DNA of 64,000 nucleotides from Verrucomicrobiia bacterium (GTDB lineage Bacteria > Verrucomicrobiota > Verrucomicrobiia > Limisphaerales > UBA11358): NCBI GenBank assembly GCA_036502245.1, contig DASXYX010000024.1, positions 5,130-69,129 on the forward strand, given 5' to 3'. Below the pieces are notes generated by a model. That model did no database searches, was not told where the DNA came from, and saw only the letters and a list, made by a program, of their open reading frames with translations. The first letter of the stretch is position 1. The number at the start of each line of letters is the position of its first letter. Below are positions 30,801 to 40,551 of the stretch, in pieces. The position numbers and the translations under genes are program-made.

Positions 30801-31553
30801 TCATTTAATCTCAATCCCCACCGGACAGTGGTCGCTTCCCAAAACCTTGTGCCGGATGAACGCAGACTTGAGGCGGGACCGGAGGGATTTTGAGGCCAGG
30901 AAATAATCGAGCCGCCAGCCGATGTTCCGCGAACGCGCGCCGCTAAACACGCTCCACCAGGTGTAATGTCCCCCGCCCTTCTCAAACTCCCGGAACGTGT
31001 CCAGAAACCCAGCCTTCACGAAGGCATCGAACCCGGCCCGTTCCTCGGCGGTAAAGCCGTGGTTATGTATATTTGCGCGCGGATTGGCCAGGTCTATCTC
31101 CGTATGCGCCACGTTGAGGTCACCGCAAAAGATCACCGGCTTTTTCTTCTCCAAATTCTTCAGGTATGCCAGAAAATCGCGGTCCCATTTCTGGCGGTAT
31201 GGCAGGCGTGACAGGTCGCGCTTGGAATTGGGCACGTACACGTTCACCAGAAAGAAGTCGTCCAACTCGACCATCAACACACGGCCTTCCTTGTCATGTT
31301 CCACGATGCCGATGTGCGGCGTGACGTTCAAAGGGCGTTGCTTGATGAAAATGGCCGTGCCGGAATAGCCTCTCTTCTCCGCACAGTTCCAATAGGTCGT
31401 ATAATGCCGGGGCCAGAGCTGCTCCACGTCGTCCGCGCTGCATTTGATCTCTTGCAGGCACAACACGTCTGGCTTTTCCTCATCGAGAAATTCCAGAAAA
31501 TTCTTTTTCAAGACGGCGCGCAGGCCGTTGACGTTCCAGGAAATTAGTTTCAT
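30801..31553 (-). CDS. xth: Exodeoxyribonuclease III
   Basis: ISWNVNGLRA, LQE.K, GYSGTA, YVPN, GDLNVAH, GWRLDYF, GSDHCP. Confidence 0.96.
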   Translation of the reverse strand: MKLISWNVNGLRAVLKKNFLEFLDEEKPDVLCLQEIKCSADDVEQLWPRHYTTYWNCAEKRGYSGTAIFIKQRPLNVTPHIGIVEHDKEGRVLMVELDDFFLVNVYVPNSKRDLSRLPYRQKWDRDFLAYLKNLEKKKPVIFCGDLNVAHTEIDLANPRANIHNHGFTAEERAGFDAFVKAGFLDTFREFEKGGGHYTWWSVFSGARSRNIGWRLDYFLASKSLRSRLKSAFIRHKVLGSDHCPVGIEIK

Positions 31554-31637
31554 AAACCAAGAATAAACCACGAATGGACACGGATAAACACGGATTTTTC
31601 TTTTGTCCGGGCATTTTTGCCATTTCAATTGGCGCCC

Positions 31638-33641
31638 ATGTCGCGTGAGTACATCCTGGAGCCGTTCAAAACGGATTTTCATCCGCAGATCGATTACGCG
31701 CGCGAACTGAACCCGCAGCAACACGCCGCCGTCACTGCCGCACCCGGCCCGGCCCTGGTCATCGCCGGCGCCGGTTCAGGCAAAACACGCACGCTCATTT
31801 ACCGCGTGGCGTTCCTCCTGGAGCAAAGCATTCCACCCGAACGCATCCTCCTGCTGACGTTCACCAATAAAGCCGCCGGCGAGATGATGCGGCGGGTCGC
31901 CGATCTGCTGGGGCAGCAATTGCTCGCGCTCTGGGGGGGCACGTTTCATTCCATCGGCGCGCGTGTTTTGCGGACACACGCGGATTCGCTCGGTTACCGC
32001 CGCGATTTCACCATCCTGGACCGGGATGATTCGAAGGACCTCATCAAAGCCTGTGTGGCCGACGCGGGTATCGAGACCAAGGGCACGCATTTTCCCAAAC
32101 CGGAAGTGCTCAACGAAATTTTTTCGCTCGCAGTCAACACGCACAAATCCGTCCCGGAAATCCTCGAAAAGCAGTTCAGTTACTTCGACCAGTTCTCGGA
32201 TAAGATCACTGATCTTGCGACCCGCTACATCAAACGCAAGCTCGCTACGAACGCGATGGATTTCGACGACCTGCTCTCGCTGTGGCTCAAGCTGTTGCAG
32301 GAGAACGCCGATGCGCGCGAGATGTATCAGCGCCGTTTCCAGTTCATCCTCGTGGATGAGTACCAGGACACGAACAAGTTGCAGGGCGATCTCATCGATC
32401 TGCTCGCGGGGCGGCATCACAACGTGATGGTGGTGGGTGACGACGCGCAGAGCATCTATGCGTGGCGTGGCGCGAATTTCCTGAACATCCTCGATTTTCC
32501 CAAGCGTTATCCAGGCGCAAAGGTTTTCAAGATAGAGACGAATTACCGCAGCACGCCGGAAATTTTGCAGGTGGCGAATGCCGCCATTGCCGCCAACCGC
32601 AATCAATTCGCCAAAAATCTCACACCGGCGCGCAAGTCGGGCATGAAACCCGCGCTCGTGGCGTGCATGGATGCGGGACAGCAATCGGCGTTCATCACGC
32701 AACGCGTCATGGAATTGCATGAGGAAGGCACGAGCCTGAATGATATCGCCGTGCTGTATCGCTCGCATTTCCACGCGCTCGAACTGCAACTGGAACTGAC
32801 CAAGCGCCAGATCCCTTTCTCGATCACCAGCGGCCTCCGCTTTTTTGAGCAGGCGCATATCAAGGACGCCACGGCATATCTCAAGCTCGTCGCCAATCCG
32901 CGCGATGAGATCGCTTTCAAGCGGTTGGCGCAATTGCATCCGGGCATCGCTGCCAAAGGCGCGGTGAAACTCTGGAAAATCTTTTCCGCTGAAACTCAAA
33001 TCCTCAAACAGATTAAGAATCCTATCGCCACGGCACTGGAAACCTGCGCGCCGCACGTCGGTAAAAAAGCCGCCGTCGCCTGGGCGCAATTCGTGGCCAC
33101 CGCCGCGCAACTGGAAGAGGAAAAATCTCCCGCGAAGTTGCTCCGTATCGTCATCGATGCCGGGTACGACGATTATTTGAAGGAAAATTTCGCGAATTAT
33201 CGCCTGCGCCTGGAGGATTTGGAACAGCTCTCCGTGTTTGCCTATCAATTCAAGACCACGGACGAATTTCTCACGCAACTGGCCCTGTTGACCAATGTCG
33301 AAGCCGAGGACGATAATGCGAAGCCCGATGAGGAGCGCATCCGTCTTACAACCATCCATCAGGCCAAGGGACTGGAGTTCGGCACGGTGTTCGTCATCAT
33401 GCTGTGCGACGGATTGTTCCCCTCCACGCGCTCCATTGATAGCGATGAGGGCGAGGAGGAAGAGCGCCGACTTTTCTACGTGGCCATCACGCGCGCAAAG
33501 AATGAATTATACTTGAGCTATCCGCTCATTCGCGCCGGTTTTGGCCAATCTGCCGCTGATGCCATGCAACGGCCCTCGCGTTTTCTGGATGAGATTCCTG
33601 CTGACTTGTTGAACCGGTGGAATTTGAAGACGTCTTATTGA
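31638..33641 (+). CDS. UvrD/PcrA/Rep-family ATP-dependent helicase
   Basis: AGAGSGKT, TFTNKAA, VDEYQDTN, VGDDAQSIY, NYRS, TIHQAKGLEF, EERRLFYVAITRA. Confidence 0.96.
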   Translation: MSREYILEPFKTDFHPQIDYARELNPQQHAAVTAAPGPALVIAGAGSGKTRTLIYRVAFLLEQSIPPERILLLTFTNKAAGEMMRRVADLLGQQLLALWGGTFHSIGARVLRTHADSLGYRRDFTILDRDDSKDLIKACVADAGIETKGTHFPKPEVLNEIFSLAVNTHKSVPEILEKQFSYFDQFSDKITDLATRYIKRKLATNAMDFDDLLSLWLKLLQENADAREMYQRRFQFILVDEYQDTNKLQGDLIDLLAGRHHNVMVVGDDAQSIYAWRGANFLNILDFPKRYPGAKVFKIETNYRSTPEILQVANAAIAANRNQFAKNLTPARKSGMKPALVACMDAGQQSAFITQRVMELHEEGTSLNDIAVLYRSHFHALELQLELTKRQIPFSITSGLRFFEQAHIKDATAYLKLVANPRDEIAFKRLAQLHPGIAAKGAVKLWKIFSAETQILKQIKNPIATALETCAPHVGKKAAVAWAQFVATAAQLEEEKSPAKLLRIVIDAGYDDYLKENFANYRLRLEDLEQLSVFAYQFKTTDEFLTQLALLTNVEAEDDNAKPDEERIRLTTIHQAKGLEFGTVFVIMLCDGLFPSTRSIDSDEGEEEERRLFYVAITRAKNELYLSYPLIRAGFGQSAADAMQRPSRFLDEIPADLLNRWNLKTSY

Positions 33642-33694
33642 TAGAAAGCAGCATTTAGATGAACGAATCATCGGCGTCTCGCGTCAAACCCACG

Positions 33695-34612
33695 ATGGCA
33701 ATGAAGTCCAAACTCCTACTTGGGATCGTGTTGGTCGCCTTGACCACCCCGGCATTTGCGCGATTAGTCCGCATGTGGAGTAATGACGAATTGATGAAGG
33801 CTTCTGATTTAGTGGTGACTGCCAGGCCCATTTCCACAACCAATTTGAATGAAGTCAATGGACTGGGATGGTCGGTGAATTTCCGAGGTGTTGAAACCAC
33901 TTTTAAGGTTATCGATGTGTTCAAAGGCATGCCCAAAAACGACCGGATCGTTCTGCATCACTATCGTGATGACCCTCACGGTCAATCTCTAACTTTCATT
34001 GATGGTCCTGACTTAATCGTGTTTCCCTCCGGCACAACCAATCTGTATCTCCTATACCTGACGAATGATGGCCCTGACCGATACGCGCCCGTAACGGGGC
34101 AAATCGATCCGTGGCAGTCGGTTCAATCCCCAACCAATCTTACTCCTGGTATGCGCTTCGGTTTTCCAGAGATTCCGGCCATCGCGGATGCCGACCCATC
34201 GGTTTGCCACACGTTGACAATGCAAATTCCCAGGCAACTTATATTCCGGCCAAACAATGCTATGTCGATCGGCATCGGCTTCGACACCAATTCGATGGTA
34301 ACGACGAATTTCATGGTCGGAACAAATATGATTGTGGGCACTGAGACGGAGACAGAAATCTATCCAGCCGACCATCCCGAATCAAAAAAACCGACCGGCT
34401 CTGGTTTAGAAAGCGGAACTCAATTCAGTACAGCAAACATCTGGATCAATGGCCCGTTTAAAGAACTGACCCCGGGTATAAAATACATGGTAGAAACTCA
34501 TTTTATTCTCTTTGAGACCGACATTCCCCCACAGCACATGTGGGAGCCACAGAGCCCAAAATATAAAGTTTTATGGGAGCAAACTTTGGAACAAACCATC
34601 CAATCACCTTGA
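33695..34612 (+). CDS. Secreted hypothetical protein, lower GC
   Basis: MKSKLLLGIVLVALTTPAFA signal peptide; start uncertain (33659/33695/33701). Confidence 0.7.
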   Translation: MAMKSKLLLGIVLVALTTPAFARLVRMWSNDELMKASDLVVTARPISTTNLNEVNGLGWSVNFRGVETTFKVIDVFKGMPKNDRIVLHHYRDDPHGQSLTFIDGPDLIVFPSGTTNLYLLYLTNDGPDRYAPVTGQIDPWQSVQSPTNLTPGMRFGFPEIPAIADADPSVCHTLTMQIPRQLIFRPNNAMSIGIGFDTNSMVTTNFMVGTNMIVGTETETEIYPADHPESKKPTGSGLESGTQFSTANIWINGPFKELTPGIKYMVETHFILFETDIPPQHMWEPQSPKYKVLWEQTLEQTIQSP

Positions 34613-34627
34613 AGTTTAAGCTCTAAT

Positions 34628-35059
34628 TTACTGAATCTTTTCCCACTCCCTCACTTCGCCGGAAACCATCTTAAAGAGTGGATGCACCGCAGGAATTTTA
34701 AGCTCCATGACTTCCTTCAATCGCTTCGGATCACGCTTCTTCAATTTCCGTTTCAGATGTTTCCATTCATAGAGCAATTGCCCGCGCGTCTCTTTGATGC
34801 GCCCCTGAAATTTTGTTCGCCCGATCTTTTTGCCGTCAAACTCGTATCCGCGCCGCGTCGCTTCCTCATGCACACTCTCCAGATAGGTTGCCAATGCAGC
34901 GGAAGGGTTTTTGGTTTCATTAAAACGGAGTAGTTGCGGGTGGTGCTTATACCCGCGCGTTTGACCGCGCAATACTGCCTGCGCCAGCAGGGCCTCGCGC
35001 CAAAGCGCCACCAGTCCTTTGGCATCAAGATATTTCGGGTGCAAGGTCCAGAGCCGCAT
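34628..35059 (-). CDS. Pyrimidine-dimer DNA glycosylase / endonuclease V-like protein
   Basis: MRLWTLHPKYLD.KGLVALWREALLAQ.VL.G.T.GY..HPQL.RF, EA..RGY. Confidence 0.88.
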   Translation of the reverse strand: MRLWTLHPKYLDAKGLVALWREALLAQAVLRGQTRGYKHHPQLLRFNETKNPSAALATYLESVHEEATRRGYEFDGKKIGRTKFQGRIKETRGQLLYEWKHLKRKLKKRDPKRLKEVMELKIPAVHPLFKMVSGEVREWEKIQ

Positions 35060-35469
35060 CGCGGACAAAATGACCATGCTCTTTAGGCGTTGTCACCAAA
35101 AAACTGTGACCCAAACTCCTCGGGTTGGCTCGCTTACCCTCTCTCCCCGCGACTTAGCGGGGAGAGAGCCGGAGAGAGGGGCTTTTCTTAAACACCCTTC
35201 GCTCTCTTTGCACCTATTGTTTTCTTTTATAAAAAGTGGGTTTTCGCGTCCATTCGCGTAATTCGCGGATTTTCCACCCTCTATTCTCCGTTTTCCATCC
35301 TCGCCGTGCATTTTTTGTTTCCGGGAAACATTACACGTTCCATCTTTCCTGCTTAAATCGCCCTATGCGAGGTGTGCAAACACTTTTGAGCAATGGTGGG
35401 GGCCGAAGCTTCTCTCCAAAGACTGCAGTTTCTTTGGGGATTCCACAAATTCTCACGAATTCCCCTTAT

Positions 35470-35510
35470 TTTACTCATGTTTATCCATGTTTACTCATAT
35501 TTACTGTCAA
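35470..35510. repeat. Four tandem decamers (TTTACTCATG-like)
   Basis: TTACTCATGT TTATCCATGT TTACTCATAT TTACTGTCAA. Confidence 0.7.
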
Positions 35511-35597
35511 AATTTAAAAATTACTCTGGATTGCAGGGTTTCTTGCCACATCCCCAGAGGTCCCTCAACTCTCAACTCAAACTCCTCTCAACTGGCC

Positions 35598-35657
35598 CAG
35601 TCCGACCGAATCCGACTCAATCCAACCGAATCCAAGTCAGTCCAACCCAGTCAAACC
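35598..35657. repeat. Six tandem decamers (CAGTCCRACC-like)
   Basis: CAGTCCGACC GAATCCGACT CAATCCAACC GAATCCAAGT CAGTCCAACC CAGTCAAACC. Confidence 0.8.
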
Positions 35658-35782
35658 AATCGGGAGGGTGGAGCTTCCACGACGCCTGAATCTATTAAAA
35701 CCCAAAAATGAGAAAACGAAGCCAAATTTCCATCTCAACTAAACTTTAAATGCTTCTAACACCGCATCAATTGTGGCATCTA

Positions 35783-38050
35783 ATGAACGTGCAACGGACC
35801 ATTTTTTGCCTCTGCCTTGCGTTTTGCCTCATGTTGAGCGCGCAAGCGCAGTTGCCCTCCTTTGGTTCGCTGGGATCTTCCGGCCTTCCTGGCTCCGCAT
35901 CCGCTCATCATACCCAGGTCAGGTTGCTCCTCTCTGCCGATACCGCCAAACCCGGCGATACTATCTGGGCCGGCTTCGATCTGAAGATGGACCCCGGCTG
36001 GCACACATACTGGAAAAATTCGGGTGAAGCCGGCATGCCCACTAAAGTCACCTGGCAACTTCCGCCGGGCGTCGCTGCCGGTGATGTCGAATGGCCGTTG
36101 CCCGAAAAGATCCCGCCCGTCGAAGTCATGACCTATGGCTACGAAAATGAAACGATGCTCCTCGTGCCGTTGACGATTGCATCCAATGCGCAGCCTGGCC
36201 CACTCACTCTCAAAGCCAACGCGAGCTGGTTGGAATGCAAAGATGTTTGCATCCCCGCCAACCAGGATGTCACAGCGACCCTGGCCATCGGCAGTGAGAC
36301 AAAAACTTCTGCCGACGCGTCCGCGATTGAATCGTGGAAACAAAAAACGCCGCAAACCAATAATAATTGGTCTGTAAAAATATCGTGGGAGAAACCGGCT
36401 GACGGCGACACACGCCCATTGCTTATTGCCGGTCAAATGTTGGCGATCAGCGGAGCGTTGCCGACTAATTTTGATTTTTTCCCGGATAGCAGTGACAACT
36501 ATGACGTCCAGCCGGCAACGGAAACCATCCGGGATAGTGGCGTTGATTTTGAGTTGCGCAAAACGGTGAAAAAATATTCCGGCGACTGGCCAAAAAATAT
36601 TTCGGGCGTTGTTGTATATAATTATATCAATACCGACGTTCGTGCCGGCTTTGTTGTGGAGGTGCCGGTAAGTGATACCCCTCCATCGAGCGGCGCTTCT
36701 GAAGCTCGCGGAGCTTCCGGCGGTGCGGGAAATTCAGGGCTCGACGGAGTCTCGCCCCACCAACCCGGTGGGATACCAGCCCTCCCCTTGATGCTTCTTT
36801 ACGCATTTATTGGTGGATTGATCCTCAACATCATGCCGTGTGTGCTGCCGGTGATTGCATTGAAGATTCTCGGTTTTGTCAGCGAAGCACGGAGCGAACC
36901 GCGTCGTGTGCGCAATTTGGGATTTCTCTATGGTATTGGCGTGCTGGTTTCCTTCCTCGTGTTGGCGGGTATCGTCATCGGCGTCGAGGCGGCGGGCCAT
37001 CGCGCCGGATGGGGAATGCAATTCGGCAATCCAGTCTTCGTCGTGTGCCTCACTATTCTCGTCACACTCGTATCATTGAATCTTTTCGGCGTATTCGAAG
37101 TCGTGCCCGGCGGCGCGGTGATGGATACTGCTGGCAAACTCGCATCGCGGCACGGAGCATCCGGCGCCTTTTTCAATGGCGTGCTGGCCACGGCATTGGC
37201 CACTCCTTGCACCGCGCCAGTACTGGCCACCGCGCTCGGCTTCGCCTTCTCGCAGAACAGCCCGGTTACTATCGTCCTGATATTTCTATTCGTCGGGTTA
37301 GGACTTGCCGCGCCTTATGTCCTGCTCACTTGCAATCCGGCACTGCTAAAATTCCTGCCCAAACCCGGCGCATGGATGCAGCACTTCAAAGTCGCCATGG
37401 GCTTTCCCATGCTGGCGACCGTCGTCTGGCTTTTCAATGTCGCCTCCGATGATTACGGCTCGCGCGTTTTCTGGCTGGGCGTTTTTCTGGTGACCCTCTC
37501 CCTCGCGGCATGGATCTACGGTGAATTCATCCAACGTGGCCGCCGTGGCAAAGGAATCGCGCTTGTGCTTGTTCTCTTATTGCTCGGCGGCGGCTACGCT
37601 TACGCGCTCGAGAGCCAATTGCATTGGCGCGAGATGCCTTCGGATACTCCCACCTCCGCTCTCGAATCCAGCGGTGGAATCGATTGGCAGGCCTGGTCGC
37701 CCGACGCCGTCGCACAGGCCCATGCCGCCGGCAAACCAATTCTTGTGGATTTCACGGCGCGTTGGTGCGTCACCTGCAACGCCATCGTCAAACCCGCGCT
37801 GGAGAATAGCGCCATTGCCGCAAAACTTAAAACCATCGGCGCGGTCACCTTGCTCGCCGATTATACGCGCACGCCGCAGGCGATGACCGATGAGATCGCC
37901 AAATATGGCAGCGCCGGTGTGCCGTTGGTGCTGGTTTACCCCAAAAACCCCGCGTCTCCGGCGATTGTTCTGCCCCAGCCCTCCCCGTTGCAATTGCCTT
38001 CCGGCTATAGTAGGGTTGTCTCCGATGCCCTTGACCGCGCGGCGGATTGA
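35783..38050 (+). CDS. dsbD: DsbD-family protein-disulfide reductase
   Basis: GWHTYW.N.GEAG N-domain with C...C, LNIMPCVLPV and ATPCTAP TM cysteines, FTARWCVTC thioredoxin domain. Confidence 0.92.
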   Translation: MNVQRTIFCLCLAFCLMLSAQAQLPSFGSLGSSGLPGSASAHHTQVRLLLSADTAKPGDTIWAGFDLKMDPGWHTYWKNSGEAGMPTKVTWQLPPGVAAGDVEWPLPEKIPPVEVMTYGYENETMLLVPLTIASNAQPGPLTLKANASWLECKDVCIPANQDVTATLAIGSETKTSADASAIESWKQKTPQTNNNWSVKISWEKPADGDTRPLLIAGQMLAISGALPTNFDFFPDSSDNYDVQPATETIRDSGVDFELRKTVKKYSGDWPKNISGVVVYNYINTDVRAGFVVEVPVSDTPPSSGASEARGASGGAGNSGLDGVSPHQPGGIPALPLMLLYAFIGGLILNIMPCVLPVIALKILGFVSEARSEPRRVRNLGFLYGIGVLVSFLVLAGIVIGVEAAGHRAGWGMQFGNPVFVVCLTILVTLVSLNLFGVFEVVPGGAVMDTAGKLASRHGASGAFFNGVLATALATPCTAPVLATALGFAFSQNSPVTIVLIFLFVGLGLAAPYVLLTCNPALLKFLPKPGAWMQHFKVAMGFPMLATVVWLFNVASDDYGSRVFWLGVFLVTLSLAAWIYGEFIQRGRRGKGIALVLVLLLLGGGYAYALESQLHWREMPSDTPTSALESSGGIDWQAWSPDAVAQAHAAGKPILVDFTARWCVTCNAIVKPALENSAIAAKLKTIGAVTLLADYTRTPQAMTDEIAKYGSAGVPLVLVYPKNPASPAIVLPQPSPLQLPSGYSRVVSDALDRAAD

Positions 38051-38095
38051 ACGCCCGGCAGAGCGACGTGTCCAAACTGAGACGAGATTAAAACT

Positions 38096-38692
38096 ATGAA
38101 AACGACCATTGCTTTATTTGCTGCTACCATGCTGGCTGCGTCCGCTTTTGCCGTCGATATCGGCAAGCCCGCGCCGGATTTCACCGCCACCGACATCAAC
38201 GGCAAGACCGTTCATCTGAGCGATTACAAAGGCAAGATCGTCGTCCTTGAATCCTACAATTCCGATTGTCCTTTCTGCCATCATCAATATGCCACCGGCG
38301 CCATGCAGGACCTGCAAAAGGATTTCGCCGCGAAAGGCGTGGTCTGGCTGCTGGTCAATTCGGTGAACCCGGCCAACTCCAGCCATCGCACGGATGCCCA
38401 GGCGCAAAAGGAAGTCACCGCTGAAAACATGGACATCACGGCATGGATCGATGACAGCTCGGGCGCGGTCGGCCATCTCTATGGCATGCAAACCACGCCG
38501 CACATGTTTGTGGTCGATAAAAGCGGCACACTCGTTTATGACGGCGCGATCGATAATATGCCCGACCCCGTCCACGACACCAAAACCGCCCGCAATTACG
38601 TGCGCGAAGCGGTGAATGACCTGATCGATGGCAAGCCGATTGAAGTTTCGGAGACGAAGCCCTACGGCTGCAGCGTCAAGTACGCGGAGTAA
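38096..38692 (+). CDS. Exported redoxin/thioredoxin-family protein
   Basis: Signal peptide, GKPAPDFT, CPFC, TTPHMFVVD, YDGAID, YGCSVKY. Confidence 0.9.
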   Translation: MKTTIALFAATMLAASAFAVDIGKPAPDFTATDINGKTVHLSDYKGKIVVLESYNSDCPFCHHQYATGAMQDLQKDFAAKGVVWLLVNSVNPANSSHRTDAQAQKEVTAENMDITAWIDDSSGAVGHLYGMQTTPHMFVVDKSGTLVYDGAIDNMPDPVHDTKTARNYVREAVNDLIDGKPIEVSETKPYGCSVKYAE

Positions 38693-38790
38693 AACTCCAT
38701 ATCGTCGGTAAGAAAAACTGGATGCGATGGTGTGCCTATGCTCCCATCAAAGCCGTTCCGATTACTGTTCCTTCTCCTGGGGGGAGAAGG

Positions 38791-39546
38791 TTAGGATGAG
38801 GGCGAGTTAGATTTCCCGCCTGGCGGCTGAAATAAAAGTTTAAACCCGTACTCCTTCAGAAATGCTTTCACAGGCGCGTGGATCTCCACGCGTCTTTTTG
38901 TATACGGATCCGTGTAAGCCAATCGCACCGCTCTCAAACCCAGCGGCCAATCCCCTTTCGGCTTGCCATATATCTCGTCACCCACAACCGGCAGGCCGGA
39001 TTCGGAGAGGTGGACACGGATCTGGTGGGTGCGCCCAGTCACCGGTTTGGCCTCGACCAATGAAATCTTTCCGTGTGTCTCCAAAATCTTGAAATACGTG
39101 GTGGCATCCTTGCCATGACGCGAATCGACTTTCATTTTGTGGAACCGTTGTTGGTCCGGCGCGAGTTTGAAATCACACATCCATTCGGCTTGTTTAGGCT
39201 CGCCAATGACGACCGCCAGATAGATTTTCTCCATCTTGCGGCTCTCGAACAGGTCCGACAACGCCTCGATGGCGCCGTAGCTTTTCGCGAACAACAAAAT
39301 GCCGCTCGTATCGGCATCCAGGCGGTGAACATTCTTCAGGAATTTCAGCCCGCGCGAACTCGCCCAGAAATCGCCAGCGGCGATGGAGGACGTAATGGCC
39401 GCCTGTAGATTGCGGGATGTCTTCTGCCACGAATGCGGCACCAGCATCCAGCCACGCGGCTTGTCGATGGCGAGCACCGACCGGTCTTCGTACAAGATCG
39501 GGATCGGTTCACAATCCGGCAGTTCGATGAAGTTTGGTTTGGCCAC
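38791..39546 (-). CDS. RluA-family pseudouridine synthase
   Basis: ILYED, DKP.G, VHRLDADTSG, TGRTHQIRVHL, PVVGD.IYG. Confidence 0.93.
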   Translation of the reverse strand: MAKPNFIELPDCEPIPILYEDRSVLAIDKPRGWMLVPHSWQKTSRNLQAAITSSIAAGDFWASSRGLKFLKNVHRLDADTSGILLFAKSYGAIEALSDLFESRKMEKIYLAVVIGEPKQAEWMCDFKLAPDQQRFHKMKVDSRHGKDATTYFKILETHGKISLVEAKPVTGRTHQIRVHLSESGLPVVGDEIYGKPKGDWPLGLRAVRLAYTDPYTKRRVEIHAPVKAFLKEYGFKLLFQPPGGKSNSPSS

Positions 39547-39554
39547 TTGTCAGA

Positions 39555-39983
39555 CTATTTGAAAAGTTGAATTCGCGACAACCCAGCCGTGTCCGCCAGT
39601 TCAGCCTGGGCGACGTCACAGGTGATAAACATTTCGGCGCGCACGCGTTGCGCCACAGCAATGTGCACAAAATCCCACGTGCCGGCGGTGGAATTTTTGG
39701 CGTGTCGCGCGCTTAACTCATCCCCCCATTCCAGCAGATCGGATAAACGATGAATTCCTGGTTTGAGCCGCTGGGTTGTTTCGCTGGCGCGATAGGCATG
39801 CCAGGCGATCGCGGCGTATTTGCCAGACAGCCGGCGAAGATTGTGGCGCAGCTCCGTGCGCAACAGCGGATTCCAAAAAAATTCCGGCGAGTGTTCGCGA
39901 CACCATGCAGTCACCACCGGCGCAAATTCATCAACTGGATTAAACCATGCGACCAGCGCGGAAGTGTCCGCGTAAATTTTCAT
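39555..39983 (-). CDS. PIN-domain (VapC-like) toxin
   Basis: IYADTSALV, D.VHIA.A, FITCD..Q..LA; overlaps the antitoxin stop. Confidence 0.85.
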   Translation of the reverse strand: MKIYADTSALVAWFNPVDEFAPVVTAWCREHSPEFFWNPLLRTELRHNLRRLSGKYAAIAWHAYRASETTQRLKPGIHRLSDLLEWGDELSARHAKNSTAGTWDFVHIAVAQRVRAEMFITCDVAQAELADTAGLSRIQLFK

Positions 39984-40228
39984 CGGCGGCGGCTTTGACG
40001 CTCTTGAAGAACCGGGTTGGACATGCGGTCGGCAGCCCTGACATTTTTTTGCGCTTTCCAGACCTCATCCATGACTTCATGCCAATCAAATTTTTCCGCG
40101 GCTGTCAATGGTTCGATTCGCGCGATGGCGCGGCCATTGCGGGTAATGAGCAATGATTCACCACGCTCAAGCTGGTTCAAAATCACCCTGGTCTCTTGAT
40201 GCAATTGCTTTGCGGTAACTGTGCTCAC
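39980..40228 (-). CDS. Phd/YefM-family antitoxin
   Basis: TVTAKQLH, GESLLITRNGRAIARIEP. Confidence 0.85.
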   Translation of the reverse strand: MSTVTAKQLHQETRVILNQLERGESLLITRNGRAIARIEPLTAAEKFDWHEVMDEVWKAQKNVRAADRMSNPVLQERQSRRR

Positions 40229-40237
40229 GCCAAAAAA

Positions 40238-40258
40238 GTAACACTCTAAAAGTGTTAC
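40238..40258. promoter_or_regulatory. Putative TA operator
   Basis: Perfect inverted repeat GTAACACT-5nt-AGTGTTAC overlapping a minus-strand TTGCGG-17-TACTTT promoter. Confidence 0.7.
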
Positions 40259-40400
40259 CGCAAGATTTTAAATGGCCGTGGACCGGCGCCTCCGGCAGTT
40301 CGATGAAATTTGGCCGACCATGTGGAGTATGAGATTAATTCGTAAAACGAAAAATGGAAAGGATGCACCGGCACTGGTATGGCGATATTGATTTCAACTT

Positions 40401-40470
40401 GTGGCAGGGCGAGCAGTCCCTGCCTGCCGCAATATTAGCCATCGGCGCGCACGGAGTGCGCGCCCTACCA
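40401..40470. repeat. GTAG-type REP-like inverted pair
   Basis: GGCAGGGCGAGCAGTCCCTGCCTGCC ... GGCGCGCACGGAGTGCGCGCCCTACC; related to 19692-19717. Confidence 0.75.
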
Positions 40471-40551
40471 TCAAGCCTTTCGCCAATCGTAAATTTCTAT
40501 GTCCGGTTTTGTTTTCGGCGGGCGTTTATGGGTAAATAAACGCAATTCCAG

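Noticed and set aside
21199..33359. Long antisense ORFs (e.g. 21199-22746, 22637-23917, 31776-33359)
   Set aside because: Shadow frames opposite well-supported genes in GC-rich DNA; no recognisable motifs
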